The notes under the pieces are model-generated. The model had not been told where the DNA came from and did not search any database. It worked only from the letters and a program-made list of their open reading frames with translations. The position numbers and the translations under genes are program-made. 64,000 bases of DNA, taken from NCBI GenBank assembly GCA_036172245.1, contig JAYWIR010000019.1, forward strand, positions 1,736,001-1,800,000, in the 5' to 3' direction. This document shows, in pieces, positions 48,100 to 62,179 of the stretch. This DNA comes from Raillietiella orientalis (taxonomy: Eukaryota). The number at the start of each line of letters is the position of its first letter. Within the stretch, counting starts at the first letter, position 1.

Positions 48100-49910
48100 T
48101 CTTGGTTTATCGCCCGGTCACTCCGAGACGCTTATTATAAAAAATAAACACACATTTGTGGGGTCATCGGCCCTATCTCGTCCGAAAATGCCCGAAACCT
48201 GCCGAGTAGCCGGCACGCAGGCCGGCGATGTTCGCCTAGGCAGCGGAGGGGGAGGGCGCAAACGAAAAATAAAAAATAAGAACAGAGTATATACAAAAAT
48301 TGGGAGGGTTAGGGAAAGGATCACCAGGTGCTGGAGGGAGTCCTCTGCATCCTTTCCAGGATGCCGGCAAGTTCCTTCTGAGAATGTCCCAGGTGGGGCC
48401 ATCTAGCTGCCGTCCTCATGATGCCCTGGGCGAAGGAGATGGCGCCCCTATCGTGCTGTACTCCTCTCGAGTAGCTCCAGGACTTCACAATCCCTCGTGG
48501 GCAGGAAAGAGCTGCTAGGGATGCCGCAGGCGAAAGGGCATCTCTCTCACAAAGAGGCCTTTATCACGTCCCTGAGATTGTCCGTCGGTGCACCGAGGGC
48601 CGTTGCGTAACGAAACCACAGGGGCCGGAGAGCAACACAGCCTACGAGCAGGTGCGGGAGCTGGGTTTCTCGTTCCCTGCACCTGCAACAGTTGGGGCCC
48701 ACAACCATCCGGGTTCAGTGGGAGCGGCGGGCGTTTCACTGGAGACCGGAGTGCAACAGCAGGAGTGCCTGCCACTTCAGGGAGAGGTGGTTGTTATTGG
48801 CGTTGGGGGCCACTCGATGTCTTCCTGTGGAATCCCTAGCAGCTCACCCAAGCGCGACAGTCCCTTCAATGGGACAATTGAGGTCGCAGAGTCCGTGAGC
48901 TGTCCCGTGGTCCAAACACCTAATTCCTTCGCTCTTCCACCGATCTCACATCGGACCTCCCGTGTGGCCAGCTAGCTACTGCCCAGGTGCTCCCTGAGGG
49001 AAAGCAGTGCCGCAGCTCGGGAGGTTCTTTGCATCCACGCACACGTGGTGAGATGCACGATGACTTCCTTCAACGAACAGCTGCTGTAGAAGGAATGCAG
49101 CAGATGCTGCCGCATCTCCGGGGTCGCCCCGCTGTGCTTAGCCCATGTGCGAACGGCCTTGGTCTTGCCGTGTCCGACACTGATGCTCGCGACCACACGA
49201 CCGGCCCGCGCTGGAGGCCGCTTGGCTGCAGTCTCCTTCGAGCATAAGCACCGAGCGCCGCGGGTTCGAATCCCACCCAGAGGAAGAATCGACGCCGAGG
49301 AACGGAGGGTGCGTAGCAGATTTCCAGTCTCCCACCCGGCAAGATGACGCTGGTTGGACCACGGGCTTCGGTTGAAGCCAGAAACTCCCGGATGCCGACG
49401 TTGACTGGCCGGGATTGGAAGTCGATCCTCTGGGATCCTTCCAAGGACCAAGGAACCCTCCGGGTTCCTCTCCGATTGTGAAAATGGAACCGTATCATCG
49501 TACTATGAAGCTGAGGTTGGTACTCCCCTTGGGGGCATGGTTGCCTCCCCAGGGTGCAAGAAGCGCGCTGCTCCCTTTGGGGAACGTCCTTCAGAGAAAA
49601 TTGGGAGCGAGCACCGATGGTGCCATCAGTATTTCCGGCTGATGGGAACATTGGGAGCCATCGCGGCTAGACCCGTCCCCAGACTCACCTTCCTGGCTCT
49701 ACTGCCCAGTATTTTCTTCATCCTCTTTCTCTCTGAACTGTGATCCAGGAGCCGAAGGACCTCGCGGAAGGCTGACCCGTTCCTTTCGCGGACTTCCTGA
49801 GAAAGGACTTCCAGAACAACGGCGCTTCCTCCGACCACGACTCAGACACTTTCCCTCTGCAACGCTTCGGGACGATGGGAAGTCCAGAGAGCTCACCTCC
49901 AACGGGCATC
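48100..49910 (-). mobile_element. Decayed L1/Tx1-like retrotransposon (RT end to 3'UTR)
   Basis: Remnants ..CYRC..ET.LPHLLVGCVAL and RWPHL. 3'UTR GTGATCCTTTCCC at 48324, hairpin GCCGGC-CTGCGT-GCCGGC (48209-48226) and terminal hairpin 48130-48148. 49200-49720 is homologous to 60450-61000 (inverted). Confidence 0.7.
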
Positions 49911-50089
49911 TTCTCCCGTGTGCTCGGTTCTTACCCGGTTACGCCGGGACGTTCATTTTGAAAAAAGGAAAACTACAGGCTCGAGGGGAGAAGAACCCCT
50001 CAAAAACAAGAAATGCCCCCCCCCCCCCAAAAGAAGTTTATTCCGGTTAGTCATCTGCACTCAGGCCGACTTCCAAAAAATGGGGAGCG

Positions 50090-51300
50090 GAGGGAGGGAG
50101 CAATGGATAAATAAAAAAAACGGGAAGGTGGAGACAGGGGTCTTTGGTAAGAGACGGAGGCTTCTAAAAGCGGCTCTGGATGGTGGCGATCCCCCTGACT
50201 ACTTCTTCTGGCATATGAGGCCACCTTGCTGCTGCCCTCATGAGGGCTGCTGCCATGCTGGTGGCCTCCATTCGCGGCGAAGCTGGCTCCAACACGTGGC
50301 GGACTGTCCCCATGGCGCGGATGCAGCAGATTATTGTGATCATAGTGCTCTTCTTCAGCCCGCCTCCGGTGAAGAAGCGTCTCAGCAAGTCCAAAGCGGG
50401 GGGTCCGGGGGTCGACGGAGTGAGTCTCCGCCACAAGTCCTCCTGGGCACCGCAGTCCGACTCGAACAGCTCGGGGAGGTAGCTCCTCCGGAAACCAGGT
50501 GTCTTCACTGATTGCATTAGAATCCCCAGTGCAGAAACAACAGCAGAACATCCTGAACATTTCCACCAGAGCGGGAACACGGAGGTGTCCAGGAAGGGAC
50601 CAGGAGATCTTAGAGGGGATGCACACCGAGGAGGTCGCTCTACCGAAAGAGTTCCTTGGTCCGGAAAGGAGGAGTGGCTGCGTTCGCCAGTTCTCTCGTC
50701 TTGCTGCCGTTCAGGGGTTTTTCGACTCTTGCAGTTCTGCAGGAGAATTCCCACCCCGCCGGTTGGCTGCTGTCATTTTTTGCCTTGAGGGCAGGCAGCG
50801 CTGTGGCAAGAGGTGTGACCGCTATCAGGAGACCGTCGCGTCCAATCCTGAAGGAGATCTCCCAGTGGTTTGCGTAGGAGATTCTGCTGCAACCGCAGTT
50901 CCTCTGGCTGCATTTCCAAAGAGGTGACCCAGAATTCCAAAGCCTTCTGTCTCCATGCGTTCGAGTTTATGGGGCGGCAGGCCTGGCGCTGCCAAGTCTT
51001 TCAGGCGGATCCGGGATCTTGCAGGGCCCCACAAGGTTTCTCGAAGGAGGTGCTGCGATGGTGTACTCGGGAGCGTTAGAGAGGAACGGATGGCATCCCA
51101 GACATGGAGAGGGAGAGAGGTCGCTTCCTCGTCTGGGCTTTGGGATCCCGAAACCCGGCTCCAGATGGACTGGCGAAAAGAGATTGGCCGGCGGGAAAAG
51201 TTCGCTTCCTGCGTCTTGGCAGTCATTCTGAGGCTGCCGCATCTCACCCTAAAGTGCCATGCAGCGGAAGGAGAGGGGGGAAAGGGGTGTGGAGTCGCCG
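50090..51300 (-). mobile_element. Diverged copy/subfamily of the same retrotransposon C-terminus
   Basis: ORF 50164-50754 ends ...LFESDC...LWRRL...LRRFF...IICCIRAMG...AAARWPHMPEEVVRGIATI, paralleling the family C-terminus, followed by a T-rich 3'UTR. Confidence 0.55.
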
Positions 51301-52859
51301 CTGTGAAGATCGAGGCTGTCGGATCGAGACCTGGCGACGAACCCCTTTCACCCCCTAAGGAGCCCCAGGCGCGCGTGATGGGTCCGCCCTTGCACACTCA
51401 CATGGAGAACCGCTATGCAGTGCCACGTGTGTTGGAAATACAGACTCGTTGCTGGGGATGCGGTGGCAAAAAGGGGAGCATCGGGTACACCGCGCTCGTG
51501 CCATCGCTCCAGGAGCCATCTCTCGGTGCGTCTGGAGGGCGAACCGGGCGAATCCTGGACTGGGGCCCTCTCACCTTTGGTAGCTCTCCGGAAGCAGAAC
51601 CGTTGGGGACGCGGACTTCCACTCCCTGCCGCTCCCGGCGTGGGGGAAGGTCTCGGGGAACTTCCAGAAGGACCGGGATCGCGCGCGGCGGCAGCACCTT
51701 AGCCTACTTTCCCCACGTCTCCGAAGAGGGAAGAGCGCGTTCCGAGTTGTCTTCTTCCAGAAGAGACCGAATGGGACAGGGTGAGCGCTATCCTCTCTTT
51801 CCTGGGGAAAGCTAGGGTTTTCCCGGGCCACCTGAACCTCTGGAGAGACCTGCTTCCCTAGCTGGCTGGTCCACACCTCTTTTTTTTTTTTTGACTTCGA
51901 TGAGGTCCGTGCCCGGCTGGAGTCGATGCGTTGCGCGAAGTGGCAGCGCTTTGGCCGCGTCCATCTCCGAGCCACACAGACCAAAGAATGAAGAATAAAT
52001 CATTGTTACCTTGGAAACAGAATGTTATTTACGGGTGTACAAAAATTATTTCGCCATTATGTTCGACCTGTTTCCCCCCTCCCCCCCCCTCCCCGAAAAA
52101 AGCGCAATTTTTTTTTTTTTGCCGGAAAGGGAGTTCTCGCCACACTTTGCTTCCCTCCGATCGAAATATCTTCCCAAGTAGAAAAGATAGACGGGAACAG
52201 TAGAGATTGCTCGGTAGGAAATCCCGTTTCCGGATCAACAGTTCGTTTCTGCACAGCCCTCCTCGTTGCCAAGCAATCGCCGCGCTACGCTGAAGCTGGG
52301 AAAATTTTCCCGCTTTCCAACCTCTTCGGCCGCAGAAACAGAAAGCGCCAGCCAGGAGCAGCGAGCGAGCAGCTCGTGGTCCTTCGGGGGCCCCACGAGG
52401 ACTCGGAGCAGGGCTTATTCGCTCCCGAGATGCAGTGGCTGCGATGTGGGCAACGCCCGCGCTCGGGGTGTCCGGCCGAAATCCGAGCGTTGCGGAAAAA
52501 CGGGGGGAAGGAAGGAAGGGAGGCGGGGGTGGAGGGAGGGAACATTTGGAGCGTTCCCGTCTCCGAGCCCAGCAGGTGCGGAAGAACGAACAGTTCACGC
52601 TGCCGCACCCGGTACGATATCGTTTGCATCAGTTGCTTTTCAGGAGAGGATCAGCTGCGGCTCGCGTCGGTTCTCCATCAGCCCCCGACCGGCGGCGAGG
52701 TCGACGCGCCGCGGCGAGCAGCAATACGGCACACATAAACACGCAAACGACAGCAGCGGGAAGACGCAAAAGTACCGAAGACGGCAGCGGAACGTGCGAA
52801 GCGATGACGTGAACGCGAGCGGGATCAGGAACGGGAAGACGAGGACGCACAGCTGTCGG

Positions 52860-54650
52860 CGTCCAAGGGACCACAAAGAACGCCCGCATTGGAGACCGCG
52901 TGGCCGCGTTCTCCTCCGCTCGTGGCGCCAGGCGCCGCAGGTTCGAATCCCGTAGCCCGGGGGTAAGCGTCGACGTCGAGAATATGGAGTGCGCCGTGGG
53001 TTTCGGGTTCCCCCCCCCCCTCCCTGCACACTCAAGACGACTCTGGTTGGCTTCAGTGAGGCAGCACTGGTGGACACCAGTCACGCCGGAGCGTTTATTT
53101 ATAACAAATAAGCATACAATTCAGTGGCAGGACGCTTGGTCCTGACATGTTACATATCTAACCATGGGAACCTGCCGAGAACTGGCGCATGCCTCGGCAG
53201 CAGGGAGGGGCGAAACAAACAAAAAGAAAAATAAGACAAAAAAATATATATACAAAAAAATTGGGAGGCTTCGGGAAGGGATCACCGGGTTCTCGAGAGC
53301 GTACTCTGCATCCTTGCCAGGATGCCAGCAAGTTCCAGTTTCACGATTCCCAGGTGGGGCCATCTTGATGCTATCCTTAAAAAGAGGACAGCAAAGTAGA
53401 TGGAGTCCCTGTAGTTCTGGCCTCCTCTGGCGTTGCCCCATGCAGCCACGGTCCCACTGCGTAGGCAGCAGAGCGCTGCTAGGGAGGGATGCGGCCGGCG
53501 TGAGGGCATCGAGCTGGAAGAGGCGCTTGACAACGTCTCTGACGTTGTCGCCGGGCGTTCCAAAGGTCGTGGCAATGCGTCCCCAAAGGGGCCGGCGGGA
53601 CACAGTCCACTAGGGGGTGCAGGAGGGACTGCAGCTCCCTGCACCTTGCACAGTTTGGGTTCATACACCCCCTTATCCAATGATGCCGGCAGGTGTTGCA
53701 CGAGAGACCCCAGTGCAGCAGCATCAATCCTGACTCCTGCCACTTTAATTTGAGGGTGCAGGTGCGAGTGTTCATGAGCACCAGGGCCACTGCAAGTCTT
53801 CCTCCGGAATACCCAGCAGGACGCCCCAGCAGAAAAGTCCATGAGGTCGAGCAACTGGAGTTGCAGCGTCGGTGAGCTGGTCCTTCGTCCGCTCGATCAG
53901 TCCTCTTGTCCTTCCGGAGATTTCCGGGTCCCTTTGGAGTGCTCTTCAGAGGAGGAAGCTGGGAGCGATTCCCTTGAGGGGGTGCCCTCCGGAGAAAGAA
54001 ATTCCAGGAGTGGATCCTTTCCGGGTTCCCTTCGGAGAAGAACCAGCGGCGCGATCCCCTCTGGGAGGTCTCTTTGGAGACAACCAGGGCTCCCTTTGGG
54101 ATTCCCTCCCAAGCTTGAGAAGAACGGACTCTTTCCTCCGGAGCGCTCCCTGGATTCATGGGGTGGTCCCCTTTCGGGACACCCCTCCGACTTGAAAGTT
54201 GGCACGCATCCCCGGAATGGTGCTGAAGAGCTTCGTGGGATGCCAGGCGAACGGCTCTTCCGCACTTAAAGAATCAAAGAGAATGCAAGGGCGGTTCAGC
54301 CAGAAGCACAAGATGCAAATGCGCGGCTGCGCTCGCTCAACCTGCAACAGAGCCGAGATCGAGCAAGATGAAACCATGCATCAGCAAAACCGATCTTTTC
54401 TCTGGAGCGGAGTTCTTCCGTCTGGACGCGTGCGCAGCGCTTGTGGCAGACTGCTGGTTTTCCAGAACGGCCTCAGCAGCGCATTGGCAGCAGCTTGGTG
54501 GTCGCTGTCGTGCGTGCAGAATTCCCGGGAGACTCAGGGGAGTGCCCACGCCTGTTGTAGACGGAGCCAAGGAGACGGAAGTCGACGGATGACTCGTTGA
54601 ACTTTCTCTTGGGGTTCCCTTTCACGAGCCACCCATTCGGACTGGACACC
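52860..54650 (-). mobile_element. Decayed L1/Tx1-like copy (53075-54650) abutting an internal fragment of another copy (52860-53075)
   Basis: LKWQESGLMLLHWG..CMNPNCARCRELQSLLHPLVDCV...ALCCLRS..VAAWG...ASRWPHL. 3'UTR module 53075-53285. 52880-53075 is homologous to 49200-49400 and 60835-61000. Confidence 0.72.
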
Positions 54651-55599
54651 GCCCTCTTCTTCCATCACGGATCGAAAAAAACAATAGAAAAAGCAAAAAA
54701 AAGGAAAAGAAAATACCGTGATCTTTCACTGAGAACACAAGAAACACCACTCGTGTTGAAAAGATAGGGAAGGAAGGAGGTTAAGGAAGACATCGGAACC
54801 ACCTGCTCCAGTCAGGGGTTCATTGCATTCATCAGCTCTCTCCGCGTGAGACCGCGTAACGCTGTGCTTTGTGTACGCTAGAGGGGGGGGGGGGGGAAGG
54901 TAAATGCCTGGAGATCACACGAGGATTTCATTCGATCCATGCGCGTGGACGGATGACTCATCACGGACTAGTCATCCGCGATCAGCAGCAGCCGTCGTCC
55001 GATCCTTACGAGGTCACTTCCGAGAATGGATTCTGCCTCCGTCTGCTTACCGGGCTCCAAGACGATCTGACGACCAGGAAGCTGCGATTCGTGGACGCTA
55101 CCCGCGCGCCTTTTCCCTCCACGCGTGCCGCTCCGGCACGCGCTTTTCGCCATCCCTGGCTCCTAAGTCCGAACCTTCTGGATTTCTTGCGTTCCGAATC
55201 GGTCTCTCGGTTTCCTCCTTGATGAGATGCGGATGACGAGGTGCCGCTCAACCCTTTCGATCCGCGCGTGTTCCTTCGGATGTCTGTTCCGACCTTCCCT
55301 GCTCGAGCCGGGACACCCTGGACTGGACGTGAGTAGACTTTTGGGGCTAATCACGGCCCCTTGAACGGCGAGTTCCGGATGGCGCTGTTTCACTCCTTCG
55401 TCCTTTTCGTCCGCTCAGGTCGCGTTTACGGTTCAGCAGGGAGTTCCAGCAATAGCATTTCGGCTTTGTCTTGGAGGATCCTGCAATAGGACTTTTACTC
55501 CTCTTGCTTCAATTTTTCTTTTCACTTCTTTCTCTCGATCTTTTTTTTTTTTTTTTTAAAAAAAAAAAATGCTGTAAATTTCCAAGCATCACGAAAGCA

Positions 55600-57300
55600 G
55601 GAGCATCCTTCACGCCTCCTTCCCAGATTCTCTCTTCCCTTTGTGTATTTCCCCTTGGCGTTGATCGCAGCCATCTAGCGGACGGATCTTGAAGGTACCG
55701 AAGGGCATCTTCATCTGTGCTACGGAGAATTTGCTTTCCCAGAACACGTGGTCTGGGAAGCCTTTATGCATCTTGCTCCAGATTCCTCTATGCATTGTGC
55801 TTCGGAAGGCATTTCCGCTGCCTTTCTGTTTTGAGTTTTCTTCTGATTCCATAGAGCGTGCTGACCCAAACCCGTCAGCAGGGCTTGCATGCAGCCTGGC
55901 TCTTCCTCCACCGAACGCGGAGTTCCTATTAATCAGGAAAGCGGCCACCCTATCACTTCCCACAAGAACCCACTTCACCACTTCCTGTCATTCCGTCACT
56001 TTTCCAAGTCCTCTCGAGCAGATCTGAAAGCACCTTTGCGATAAAAGAATTCCATTTCGGTTCCAACGTCCTGCCAGAGACTTTCCGCCATTGCCTACGC
56101 CCTGGAGATCTCCGAGTGCATATCCAGTGGTTCGGCAGAAACGGCCACTTCCGCACCTCAAGCACCAAGACCGAACTCCCAGTTCACGTGGAATCTTTCA
56201 GCTCTCCTTCGGTTTTATCTCTTCGCAATCTTTTCGTCGGATTGCTCCCTGGAGTGTCGCGCTTGGATGCTTTGCTGGTTTTACGCTCACAGTTTCCGAC
56301 GCTGCCTTTTTTATCTCCTTTAATGCAGGGCGTTGAGCGAGACCATTTTCTTTTACACGCATTCCATAGAATAAGGCCAGTAGCCGATGGGGTATTGGAA
56401 TAGTGAAACCAGCCTGTACCAAAGCCAGCAAGCTGGAGAAAATATCTGCAAAGCAGACGGCATCCCGAGATTCTTCTTGAAACGCATAGGGCTCTTGGAA
56501 TCAGCTGCATTGAGCGCAGTCGAATTCGGTCAGCTTCATCTATTCAGCGTGTATGAATACCTCGAGGAAGAATTTCTCCTTTCGTGTTGCGAGTTTTCCT
56601 CCGAGGAGCATTCGTTCCTACATTCCTTCTCCAGAATGTACTGCTTTGCAGCTCGTGCCGATGGCGTGGGGGGGGGGAGGGGAACCGACTTCTCCGACCT
56701 CTTCCCCGGAAGTCATGAGTAAGGCAAGACAGAGAGAGAGTAGTCTCCAGAAGTTTCTGGTATGCTGGAGCACTTCTGTATTTGGGAGCACTCGATTCTA
56801 AGGACAGCGTCGTCCCGAAAAGTGCTTTCCTGCCGTGCTGCTGCCCATCGGTTCGAATACCAAGCGTTAACCTCCAAAGAAGGGACGCTCGTGCGTCTCC
56901 CGAATGGAAGCGCTCCTGCAGCTCGAATCTGTCGGGAAGTTGACGCTGAAAACAAGCAGTTTTTTTTTTTTTTTTCAAATTTCCAGAACGGAAGTTTGAA
57001 CGTACTTCCCAAGCAGATGCGAGTAGACGCGGCTGCATGTGCATCCCAACCCCCACGTTCCCCAACCACAGTTCTCCTCACCTTGGTATCCCTCAGCCCT
57101 TCCAGTCGGCATAAAGCCCATGTTTGTTTGTTTTTTTTATTGCCCACTAGGTATGCAAACTCGCGTGTAGCCTCGAACGCGGTTGCCAGACCTGCTTCTC
57201 TTTGATTCACCTCGATCGAACGCTGCGCCTTCCGCAAAGATTCCGAAACCACCACTCGAGAAGACATCCACAGAGTCAGAATCGCTTGTCATGTGCTCGC
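55600..57300 (-). mobile_element. Highly decayed reverse transcriptase remnant (non-LTR)
   Basis: Broken frames give RT-like motifs in order: DAVCFADI..IPHRLLALFYG; SETVSV; GAEVAVSA..LD; MEFFYRK; RLPRPRVL..RWLR. Pattern recognition only. Confidence 0.3.
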
Positions 57301-59299
57301 TACCTTTTCTCTTTATGATACATGACTGACCCTAAGTTGTCCTTGGGGAACGATGTACGCAGTCAGATGATCAGCTCGGATTTGGCTCAGATTCTTCGAA
57401 AACGTGTGCAGTGCGAATGTTCTTGACGCTATTCACTGGCGTTTTCTTTCTTTTCTTTTTTGCAGTTCGTGCGGGACGGTCTTCGAGCTATTTTCCCTGA
57501 TATCGGGAAGCCTATCAAATTCTCACCGTGTTTGGGTTCCCAACTCGGAGACTATTGAGACCTCGCTACCAGAAAGGATGAGACTGAAAATTGCATTTTC
57601 TTCTGTTTGAGTACGATGCGATGAAGACGTTTCGATGGTTCCTTCTGCAGCCTTAAGACCTTGTGGAATTTCAAGTGTGCTTGTCTACAACTTTCCAGAA
57701 TAATTATCCAATAGAATTTTAAACTGGCTATTCAAACGTTAAATTAGTAAATGGAAGGCTGAGTTTCTGTCCACTTTCTATTTTTTGGAAATGCATTTTT
57801 AATTCAGTCCATTAGCGAACCAGAAATAATTAATCGATATCATGAACTCTGGAATGAACAAAATAGAAGCGATAATAAAATCATGTCTAATTATTAAGGT
57901 TCAGCTTAAAATCGGTTGAAATAGATTGCAGATGATCATATGAATCATACGAACATTCTCATATTTTATTCTTATTCATAACATTGCCTGATATATTTTT
58001 TGCCCCAGTCTTCAGTTCGTGACTCATTCTACCCATTTTTATTTCTCTAAAAAGTGTATTGTGGCTGTGCGAGAAGTCACCATCTGTCTTTAGAGTTCTC
58101 TTATGAAATATACAAAAAGCAATTATACGACCAGTTGGCAACCCTTCACTACGACCGCACGCCTTACTTTCAGTGCTTACCTAAAGAATTCGTATACAAA
58201 GCGTTAATTGTTTATGCAATGAATTTTTCTTCCCTTTTCATGGTGTGCTTTATATAAAACAAAGATTTTTTTCATTGCAGAATTTGCGAGGAACATTTGG
58301 AAGCATTCAATATTCCGATTGAAAATTTTCTTTTCTTTTAAACTGTGCCATCAAACCGCACTTCCAAATAGCAGCTTGTACGATTGAAGGAAAGTTCGCC
58401 TCTCGCAGCGTACATTGGCTTGGTACTTAAAAAGCTTGGATCAATTCGAAATATGCGATCATCCAAGAACGGAAAAATGTACGATGACGCATCAAATTTG
58501 AAAGAGATCACGGATAATAGGCGCTTGCGTATCTCGAAGCACAAATAATACACAGTAGACTATTAATAGCTCTGAACGTACAACTCATTTTGATAATAAC
58601 TCAAATAACGCATTTCATTTAATTTCCCTTTTGGACACGGCAAAGAAATTGGCCCCATGCAAGAGCTTTCCTGAACATAAGACTGTTCAATCTGTAACCA
58701 GTAAATGGGTGCACGTACTGATATCGATTTGTTTGGTAACACTGCATTAGATGAAATTCCATACCTAAGCTATTTGCTGGGAATTTCTTTGCACGGTTGC
58801 ATTCAGCAGCCATTTAATAAGCAGCTTTAAACAAATGTTTCGTAGTAATGAAAAAAATAAGAAGAAGAACACTCTTCAAGAATTGGTTCAAAGGTCTGAT
58901 AGCTGTAACGTGAAGCATGGCGACTGTGGCGGATGGTCCACCTCAGTTTCAATGACCGTGCATTTTCTTGGTTTTTGGAACACTTCTTCTCTGATTCATT
59001 TTGCTGCATCGACCCTTACAGCTGACCTTTGAGCTTGCTAGGGGTCTTCATTAGAGCACCCACATGCTTTTGGAACTGTTTATACTGATTAGTTTATCGC
59101 TTTCGTGGTTGCTTTCAGTTTCTCAGCAAAAGAAATACAAATGTTTGCTCTGGTGATTCCAGCAACATGACTGTCAGAACATTAGTCACGGCATTTCTAA
59201 TCGTTATCACTCTCTGAATGCATCCGAGCAACTCGACCGTCTTCGTTTTCTTATTTGTACACATCGCACACCCGCACGCATGCCTATTTCCAATTCCTA

Positions 59300-61480
59300 T
59301 CTACTTTTTGCCAGTGATGCAACCATTTCGCGCGGGCAACCGAGGCAGCATAGCAACCGTGCTGCTTTCGGTCGACCGCCTAGTTGATTCACTTCCAGAG
59401 TCGACCCCGGCTTCTCTTTTCGAAAAACATTCAAGAATTTCGAATCGCATGCCGCCGGATCTGGTTTCCGAACGGTTCGGTTCGCCTGCCTGCGGTCTGG
59501 CTGCTGCCCCCGTGTTCCCGACTGGTCCCATATTCGAATGCGGGAAAGGCACAATGGCCTTGCTAATTCGAGTTCATCCTGGATTCAGCCGACGCTTCGA
59601 CACCGACGGCGCACTCGCAGGCTCGATAAAAAACTTGTTCGTTCGTCAGCGTCGGCAGCACGGACCTTTAGAACGCGTTGCATTTTCCATCCCAAAGGTT
59701 CATTTTCAAATACGTTACTCGTCCTGAATGCAGCATTCAGAGCTCCTCTATCGCTCTGCTTTGTTCCAGGTCCTGCGTGTGGGAATCGAAACGAGAGAGC
59801 GTCTACCTTCAATTACGCAGTTATCCACAGTTTCGATTCATGGGCGCCAAGATCGCGCTTATTGATCGAATCTTGGCTCGCAGAGACTCCAGGGTTCGGT
59901 GTTCATCCACAAGTGCGCGGACACCACGATGCTCGGCTTACCCGGGTGGTCTGAGCCGAAGCTCGAGACTCGTTGAGCGGTTGCCGGGGTTCCAAATTTT
60001 GCCGACGCAAAGACGTACAGCACTGGGAAAATCTTTCTTCAGCTGATATGCGGCGTGCTGAACCAAAGATGGTACGGTTTTTGAGTTCTACGAACGCACG
60101 TTGCACCCGATCTCTTTGCCCGAAGGTGACATCCGGTGTCTGTGATGTTTCCATAGTTTCGGAGATGTGCGTTACCGAGCTCTTCGTCCGGGCAGGTCGC
60201 GTGCTAACGTACGTAAGTGAAGAAACTCTGCGAAAGGTGGTTTTTCCGGCTTCAACCTTGAATGCCCGTGAACCAGTAGATGTTGCGGTCATCCGATTTC
60301 GTGGTGGCGATTAGTAGGTTGCTATGGGTCACGATGCTTCCTATGCATCCCTCTCTGAAGTCAACGATGGGGGAAGTAGGAGAGCGTATGCTTGCGGAGG
60401 CTCCTGGTCAGTCTCAGTCGTGTCCTTGGCTGGTGGCTTCATGACTTGGGCCTCCAAATTATGCCGTAGAGTGGTGGTTGGAAGGGTGAGTATCCATAGG
60501 GCTGGATCGTCGGTGCTTTCGGAAGAGGTCCTTAAGCGGACGGAGAGGTTCGTTCAGCTCTATGAGAACTCGAATTTCTTCTTCAGCTGAGCGGTGGTTC
60601 GAAAACCCAATTTTTTCCGAAGGGCGCTCCCCGAAGGGAAGCAGCGCGCTTCTGACACTCTGGAGAGGCAAGCAACCACCTTCCTGAAAGATTTATCAAC
60701 CAGCTTCATGGTCCAGCTCGCTTTCACAACCAGAGTGAAATCATGAAGGGAACCGGCGCTCTTTGATGTCCTGGAAGAACGCGGAGTGTCAACTCCCAAT
60801 CCCAGCTAATCAAGGAGGGCATCTGGGGTTTCCGGCGTCCACCAGTGTCTGCTCACTCGAAGCCTGTTATCCTAGAAGCGTCATCTTGTAGGGGAGGGGA
60901 ATCGAGACCTATGATGCACCCCATGTTTTGGGCGTCGACCCTTCCCCGGACGACGGGATTCGAATCCGCGACGCTTAGTGCCGCGCGGCCTCCAACGCGA
61001 ACACACGACCTGCAGCGTGGGCGTTGCGCTGACTGGAAGGGCTGAGGGATGACTCACCAGAGTGACTGCGCTTCGGGTGAGGAGCACCCCACGAGGGGAA
61101 TGGAGAGTTATATGCACAATGAGGTGTGCGGTGAGCCCAGAGTCCCCTGCCCGCGAACCGAAGGTCGGAATCAGTGGAAGACTTTCCTGGTCGTTATAGC
61201 GACCGGGAGCTTTGCAGTGTCTTGGGTCCTGCGTCTGGGATACTCGGTCTGTCTCGGGACAGCCTGTAAAGGCTCCCCGTGATGCGATGATCGACCCTTT
61301 CCGACAAGGGGATCGACCAGGAGAGGCAGAAAGAAGGAAAGGGGAGAGGGAAGGATTCGCGTGAAGACGAAGGTGCTGCCATAGTTTCTTGGTCCGTCCT
61401 GACGCTGACTGCTGAAGGGAGGAATTTCGAGTGCTCTCGGGTGTCAAGGAGGTCTTTTGTTTGAATGCTGGAGATGATGG
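59300..61480 (+). mobile_element. Decayed L1/Tx1-like internal (RT/thumb) segment
   Basis: 60600-60660 and 60790-61000 are clearly homologous to the reverse complement of 49200-49610 (PFGERPSEKIG appears in both ORF tracks). The upstream extent is inferred. Confidence 0.5.
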
Positions 61481-62179
61481 CACAATCTTCGTAGTGTTAG
61501 CAGCAGCTCACACAACGCCCCTTGCATGTCTTCTGCCTTCATAATTTGGGGGAATCCAGGAGGCTTTAACGACTCCTTTTTCCTTCATCCCGTGGAAGCT
61601 CCGCTGCATGACGCATGCAGCACAAGGGACCACCGAGGTCCGGCGAGCTTTGGTTTCCATGACGTCCGCTCGAGGTGGATTTGCAACGAATCAGTCACTC
61701 CAGCTGTTGAATTGCATGGTAGCGCTCTGATGATGGCGTTCTCAAAGACGAATTTCGCAACAGTGGGTCCTGTGCGGGCTAAAGCGTTTGCTTTGATTAA
61801 ATCCATTACAGAAAGCTCTCGAAGGTTTCGTGAATGCATGCTGTGCGACCACACAGCTTGAGGACGCAGCCCCGTTATTTTTGGAGGACCTTCACCGTGA
61901 AGTGCATTGGCTCCCATATACTTCGATTCCAAGACAAATGCTGGTTTCGTTTTCCGCCTGGTTCTAAAATCTTGGGAGCGAGTGACTAAAACACGATCAT
62001 GAGTTAATTAATATTTAAGCATATAAGATTTCTGTACGTTTCTGCCGTTGTTCGTTACTGTACATTTCCTCCGACATTTCTGTCCATTTTTCTCCCCTAA
62101 GATCACCTAAAGAAATTTCCATTATGGAACCGTTCAAGGGCATTTATACGGATCTTCATTTAACACCATTCATTTGTAA

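Noticed and set aside
49255..49285. tRNA/SINE-like B-box GGTTCGAATCC (similar at 52940 and, reversed, 60957)
   Set aside because: No A-box or cloverleaf. The three sites are homologous positions inside decayed retrotransposon coding sequence.
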